Shown: one piece after another, positions 58,801 to 64,000 of the stretch
How positions within the stretch are numbered: the first letter of the stretch is position 1
Layout: each line of letters opens with the position of its first letter
Position numbers and translations under genes: made by a program
NCBI RefSeq assembly: GCF_009914755.1
Contig: NC_060930.1
Strand: one strand, 5' to 3'
DNA length: 64,000 bases
Source: the human T2T-CHM13v2.0 reference genome, Homo sapiens
Notes under the pieces: model-generated
Told to the model about the DNA's origin: nothing
The model's database searches: none
The model's input: the letters and a program-made list of their open reading frames with translations, nothing else

Positions 58801-59103
58801 GCCCATAATGAACACAAGTGACTGCAACCATAACATTACCTTTATAGATTATCAAGAGCGTCATCTACTCTTTATGATGTTGCTCTTTGTTTTTCTTCCC
58901 TGAGGATTCTCCAGAGGCCGATTATTTTCACCTCCAGAACTTCCTTGAACAATAGCCAGCTAGAGATTTAGCCACACAGTGGGAGAATGCTATTTTTCAA
59001 GATTTCCTGAACAGCTTAAGTAGAAGAGGCAGTGTGTCATTCGTATTTCTAAATGGGAGTTTGTGGAAGTTTTAGGAGAGTCAACTTATAACAACAACAC
59101 GTA

Positions 59104-59183
59104 TTAGGTTGGTACAAAAGTAATTGCAGTTTTTGCCATTACTCTCAAAGGCAAAAACCACAATTACTTTTGCACCACCCAAA
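59104..59183. mobile_element. MADE1 (Hsmar1 mariner MITE), 80-bp palindrome
   Basis: Two 37-bp inverted arms around a 6-bp spacer, flanked by TA (59102-03, 59184-85). Confidence 0.95.
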
Positions 59184-61144
59184 TAGTTATTCTTACCATT
59201 AAAGAGGAGCCATTGCTCTGTTTCCTTCCCTCTTGTCTCCTGCCCTCTGCGCTTTCAAAGGAAACATGATCTAAAAAGCTAACCTTTTTTTTAATGCAAG
59301 TCTTGGCTAAATACTCCAATCTGTTCTGTGCCAACATTCCCCTCTTAGAATTTTTGGGAAGAATTCCACTTTAATCCTTCAAATTATCCTCTGAAATTAT
59401 TATCTTGGTGTCAGCTGATGGCAACATCCCCAAACAGCCAGCGACAGAGGATCTATGCATCAGTTGACATTTATATTGTTTAAACATTATGATTTTAGAA
59501 TTTATATTCTACTCTGTCCACTAAAAATTTCAAGGAGAAAGATTCATGTGGAAAGTAGGGAAATTGAATACATACTTCTATGGTGATCTTAGATTTTTTT
59601 TTAGCCTTCACTAATATAGGTCAAAGTTATATTTATACCTTATCACAAAATAATTATATTTTATAGCAGTGGGAAAGCTGAGTAAAAAATGTTTTCTTTG
59701 ATGACAAAGCCCATTAAGCTCATTATTTTAAAGCCACAAGACTGTACTATAAGCATTAGAAAATGGATGTGAATGTACACTCACACTTATTTCTTCTTTG
59801 TTTATACAATTATCATTTTCTTCTCAACCTGAGCTGTCAAACAGAAAATATTTTCATTAAAACAAGGTGAGTCTTGTAGGCATTTCTCTCCTAACAGGAT
59901 CTGCTACCTTTTAACTTTAATTTTCGTAATGAACCCATCTTTCCTAACCAGGAATCTTAGAAAAATCAGTTGATTTTAAACTCAGGATACACAACAGAGG
60001 ATCACTGATTTTCTCTGTCAGGAATTACTTTGCGTTCCATCATAGATATCTTATTACTTCATAGAATTCAGAGGGATTCAGAGAGTTGTTTATGCTGTTT
60101 GCAAGCAATCTCTTCTTAGTGTGGATAGGGATGCAATATGGTTGTATAAAGTCCCACTACCATTTAGCTTTAATTTAAAGAATGACAGAACAAAGGGAAT
60201 ATTCTGTTGAGTTGTTTAATAATAGTGCTTGTGGGATAACTAGGAGAGGTCCTTGGGACTCACCCTTGAAGCCACCTCCTGAAACAACTTCAGTTTAGCT
60301 GACAGAATAAGCACTGCAATGTTCAATATTCTGGGGAAGAGGCTTTAACTACTTTACGTTGCTGGCATATCATTTAGGCCGACATGTCATTCACTTGTTA
60401 GGGGAACAAATAATAATCCTGCTGTTCGTATACCCGATCCCATTCATCAATTTGTAAGATAGCAGCAATCCAGCAATTTTCTAGGTGTAATCAGAAGGCT
60501 ACAGCAGAAGTGTTAAATGGGATTTCTCACCTTTCTAATGGCATAAAAACACTCACACCTTAGGTTTTTAATCATCATCTATATTAGGCAAAAATAAGTG
60601 AAGAATGGAGAAGAACTTTAAACAGGTGAGGAGTTATGGTAACATTATGCATTTAAAAAAATTAGGGTAGAGAACATGGCTCAGATATCACCTCATCACA
60701 CCACAAACAAAACTGAAACGAACGAACTAGTTATTTTCTCGATGAATCTCTGTTTGACTCTTCTAACACTGGCACTATCACAAACACCTTGCCAAAGAGA
60801 CAACTGCAAGGGAATGATTTCCACTGATTAATTGTAAAACATCTTTCCTGCATTCTAACATAAGCTTCCAAATGTCGAGCAGGCATGTCCATTTCTGAAT
60901 TCTGTGTCCTATTTTATTCACCATCTCCATCTCTCTTGCCCCTAAAACAGCTTATGTTCCAGACTCTTCCATATTAATTAAGGATACTATTCACCTAAAT
61001 TCTACTTCCTTTTTCTTATCTCCTCAATAACAATTCAGCAGCATATCTTTTTGAGCTGCAGTTCCTAATATGGATTAAGTGCACTCCTTCCTCCTGTTTC
61101 TGTTTCTGGCTTGCTTGCCTTCAATTACAAAAGAAAAAAATCCT

Positions 61145-62446
61145 AAAATTCAAATTGTGTTTATTTAAGATAATTCTGAATGATAATGGAACTAGAGTTA
61201 GCAACCAAAAATGGCTTTTGCAGTGGCATCAACATAATATGTCATTAGCATGGGAACTCTAAAAGAAAAGAAGACAATTTGGAGGTAGAAGTAACATGTT
61301 TGGGTAGCTGGATTTGGGGACTTAGAAGAGGAATAACTTATTAATGACATCTAGGCAGTATAAACTATCACTGCTTAATCAGGCCAAAACAATATTGTGC
61401 TGTGCATAATTATCATATTTGCTTTAAATAATTCTTGGAATAGCTGGGAAAGTCTCAAAAATTTAAATCACAATGAAAACTACTGTTTCTGAGTATCAGG
61501 ACTTACATATCCTCCAAGTTATTCAAAATTTCTCACCAAAACATGCATGTGATTTTCTATATTTGGAACAGTGTAAAGGCATTTCTCATTGACATCCTTG
61601 TAAGTCACATTCTGAACTTTATCCTAAATGCCTTTTAGTTTGTTTTATAAGGTAAATATCATCATTTGAAAGGTCCATTATGAAATTAAATGCTGAAGCT
61701 TGACATCTTAAAGGAGACTTGCCAATATTAATTATAGCACCAGATCTATATTTACATTTGAAAGATAATTTTATAATTTGACAACACCTAAATAATTGTT
61801 TTGCAATGCATCTTCAGACCTGTATTTTACTCCTTTGATCCTTTTATAGGGTACTTTTTATTTCTTCTGAATCTTTTGTTATCTCTCTTACTCTCTGACC
61901 CAGAAGCCAAGGTTCTTTAAGAGTTCTATGTAGGAATAAAAACCAAAGGGTTTAAAATAACACTCTGAGGTGTGTAAAATAAGGGGTGAAATTGTAAGGC
62001 TATTAAACATTACAGCTAGGAAATCCAGGATTTTCGGAATCTTGTCCCTTAGACTACAATTATCACCCCACATATGGTCTTCAAACATACTATTTTGCAG
62101 AGGTTGCAATTTCCACCAAAAGATCTCAGGCTTGAGAATTGTAACTCAACCTATGAAACATTAGTGAGCTTTCCTTTACTATGTAACTTTGTCCTATAAT
62201 ACTTTAGGCCTAAATAGTTTCAAGCTCAAACAGATCATAAAGATATCTCTGTCTTTTAAAATTGAACATTCGCCCAGCATCGACGAGATAGAACCGGAGA
62301 TATAGAGCAAGAGATGAAAAGTTGAACTGTGGTGCCAACATCACCACCACTGACTAATTCCAAGTAGATTATATGGGGTTTGGGGGTTGTGAGACATCTC
62401 AACATTTTTCCATGGAAGAGCAGTCTCTGGCCCTTATTATTCCATC
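61145..62446 (-). other. Candidate terminal exon of an unidentified minus-strand transcript
   Basis: Strong acceptor ctttctcttcgttttctctcttctacag|G, repeat-free sequence, and AATAAA at 61165-61160 followed by a U-rich tract. Inference only. Confidence 0.35.
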
Positions 62447-64000
62447 CTGTAGAAGAGAGAAAACGAAGAGAAAGCCACACCCATGAACCTTGTCCTTGTA
62501 TGAAATAGTGATTCCATCCATTAAAAATGTAGGCCAAACTTTGCTCTGTAATACAACCAGAGCAGTGCCCTCCTCCTCAGTGAGAAAACAGGATGCCTGT
62601 GGTCAGGGTGGTAAAAGCAAGTGAACAAAGATACCTCAAATGCTGATCATCTGACCCCACATCCCTCCAAAGTCAGGTGCTACATCTCATTTGACTACTT
62701 GTTGTTAATATCACCATTATTGCTAGGTTCATTAAGTGAATCATGGGAATGAAAAAGAGGTCTACAGAAAGACAGTGTTCATGGAGTTGAATGTATTGAT
62801 GATACTAATGTTGAACTACATAGAAGGCTAATATTAAACCCTGAGAGATAAAATAAATTATTTTTTTATTTTGTCCCTTCCTCCTTGTTTCTGCATTGTT
62901 TGTATCAGAGTCCTACTTTAGGGAGAAATAGCACAAATCAAATGGCCTGATATATACATAAATATTTGTCTTCCTTTCAAAAGATTCGCTTCCTTACATC
63001 TCTTTAACATTTTACATTTCTCTGTAGATAAATTTTTCTAGCTCACTGATATAAATCTAGATTTCCCCTCTGACATATAAAATAGAAAGAACTTCAAGCC
63101 TTTGAAACACATATCAGCTCCTGAATGTTCCAGAACTGTGACATAGTTGGTGGTGGTAAACTGTGATTATTAAAAAGGATATCCTTTAGACTCCCTATAA
63201 AAACATCCCTGTCTGTCCCTTTTTTACATTTACTGTAGGTGATGGGTTGTTCTGGTGATGCAGTGGGGTAAGTATGAGAGAAGGTAGAGAGAACACTTTA
63301 ATATTCTCTCTGCTAAGGTATTTGTGAAAGTTTTCTTCTTTATACCTGTTAAAATAAGATAAATCTCACATCAATGTTTTTTTCATTTCTCATGATGCCA
63401 ATAAAAGTTTCTAATATATTCATTGAAACAATGATAGTGACAAAGTGGTCTTTAGAAAACAACTGGTGGGGAAAAGACAAAACTTTTCTTCCAAATAGCT
63501 TTTAATAGCAGCAACAGCAGCAAAGTAAAGCAGTGTAATATTTGTTTTGTGAGAAGAGCATCTGCTAACTTCACTAACCCAGTAGAATAAGAATCATATG
63601 TTTAACAATGTCTCATTTCATACATCTAGAACGAGCCTAGTTTTTAGGGGCATTATTTTGTTACTGTGGATAATTAATATTAGTAAAGGGGATACTAGTA
63701 TTCAAATGAATGAAGATATACATATTTTCTTCTTCCCAAAATATTTCTTATATATCTCTGTTTCTGTTTATTCTATTTTTCATCTGTAAAAATGAGAACT
63801 CTTGGAAAATATTTTTACATATTTTAAAGAATATTTAGAACGTTAAGTGCTTTATTGAAGCACATGCTGTTTATATCATAAAACATTAAAATAAAACTAC
63901 TCCTTTTACTCTTTTTGAGCTCAACACAATTATGTGATGCAAAAGGCCCAACTCTGAAGAGGTTGAAAACAGATTACAATTAGTTTCATCGATTTGTGAC

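Overview
This is AT-rich, CpG-poor human genomic DNA. A consensus-perfect AluYa5 and an L1PA2-type LINE identify the lineage. Most of the window is interspersed repeats, and I recognise no cellular protein-coding gene, RNA gene or CRISPR array. The main elements are a decayed near-full-length L1MA-age LINE (1.9-9.3 kb), a THE1 provirus inside an L1MC (13.3-15.2 kb), and a full-length L1PA2-like element with a 15-bp TSD, an intact 338-aa ORF1 and a multiply disabled ORF2 (28.7-34.75 kb). There is also a nested ERV cluster at 40-47.7 kb: an L1MC host containing a MER66-type provirus with a solo LTR7 inside it, plus a MER61-type provirus. The clearest unexplained structure is an ~860-bp inversion (~44669-45532), which can be reconstructed from a split LTR, a flipped L1 segment and a matching 4-bp TSD. 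The repeat-poor last ~5 kb holds a candidate minus-strand terminal exon and a MADE1/miR-548-like hairpin. I found no evidence of a new biological system. The findings are rearrangement scars, young or potentially active retroelement features, and one unassigned exon candidate. Subfamily names come from my recollection of consensus sequences and need RepeatMasker/Dfam confirmation.
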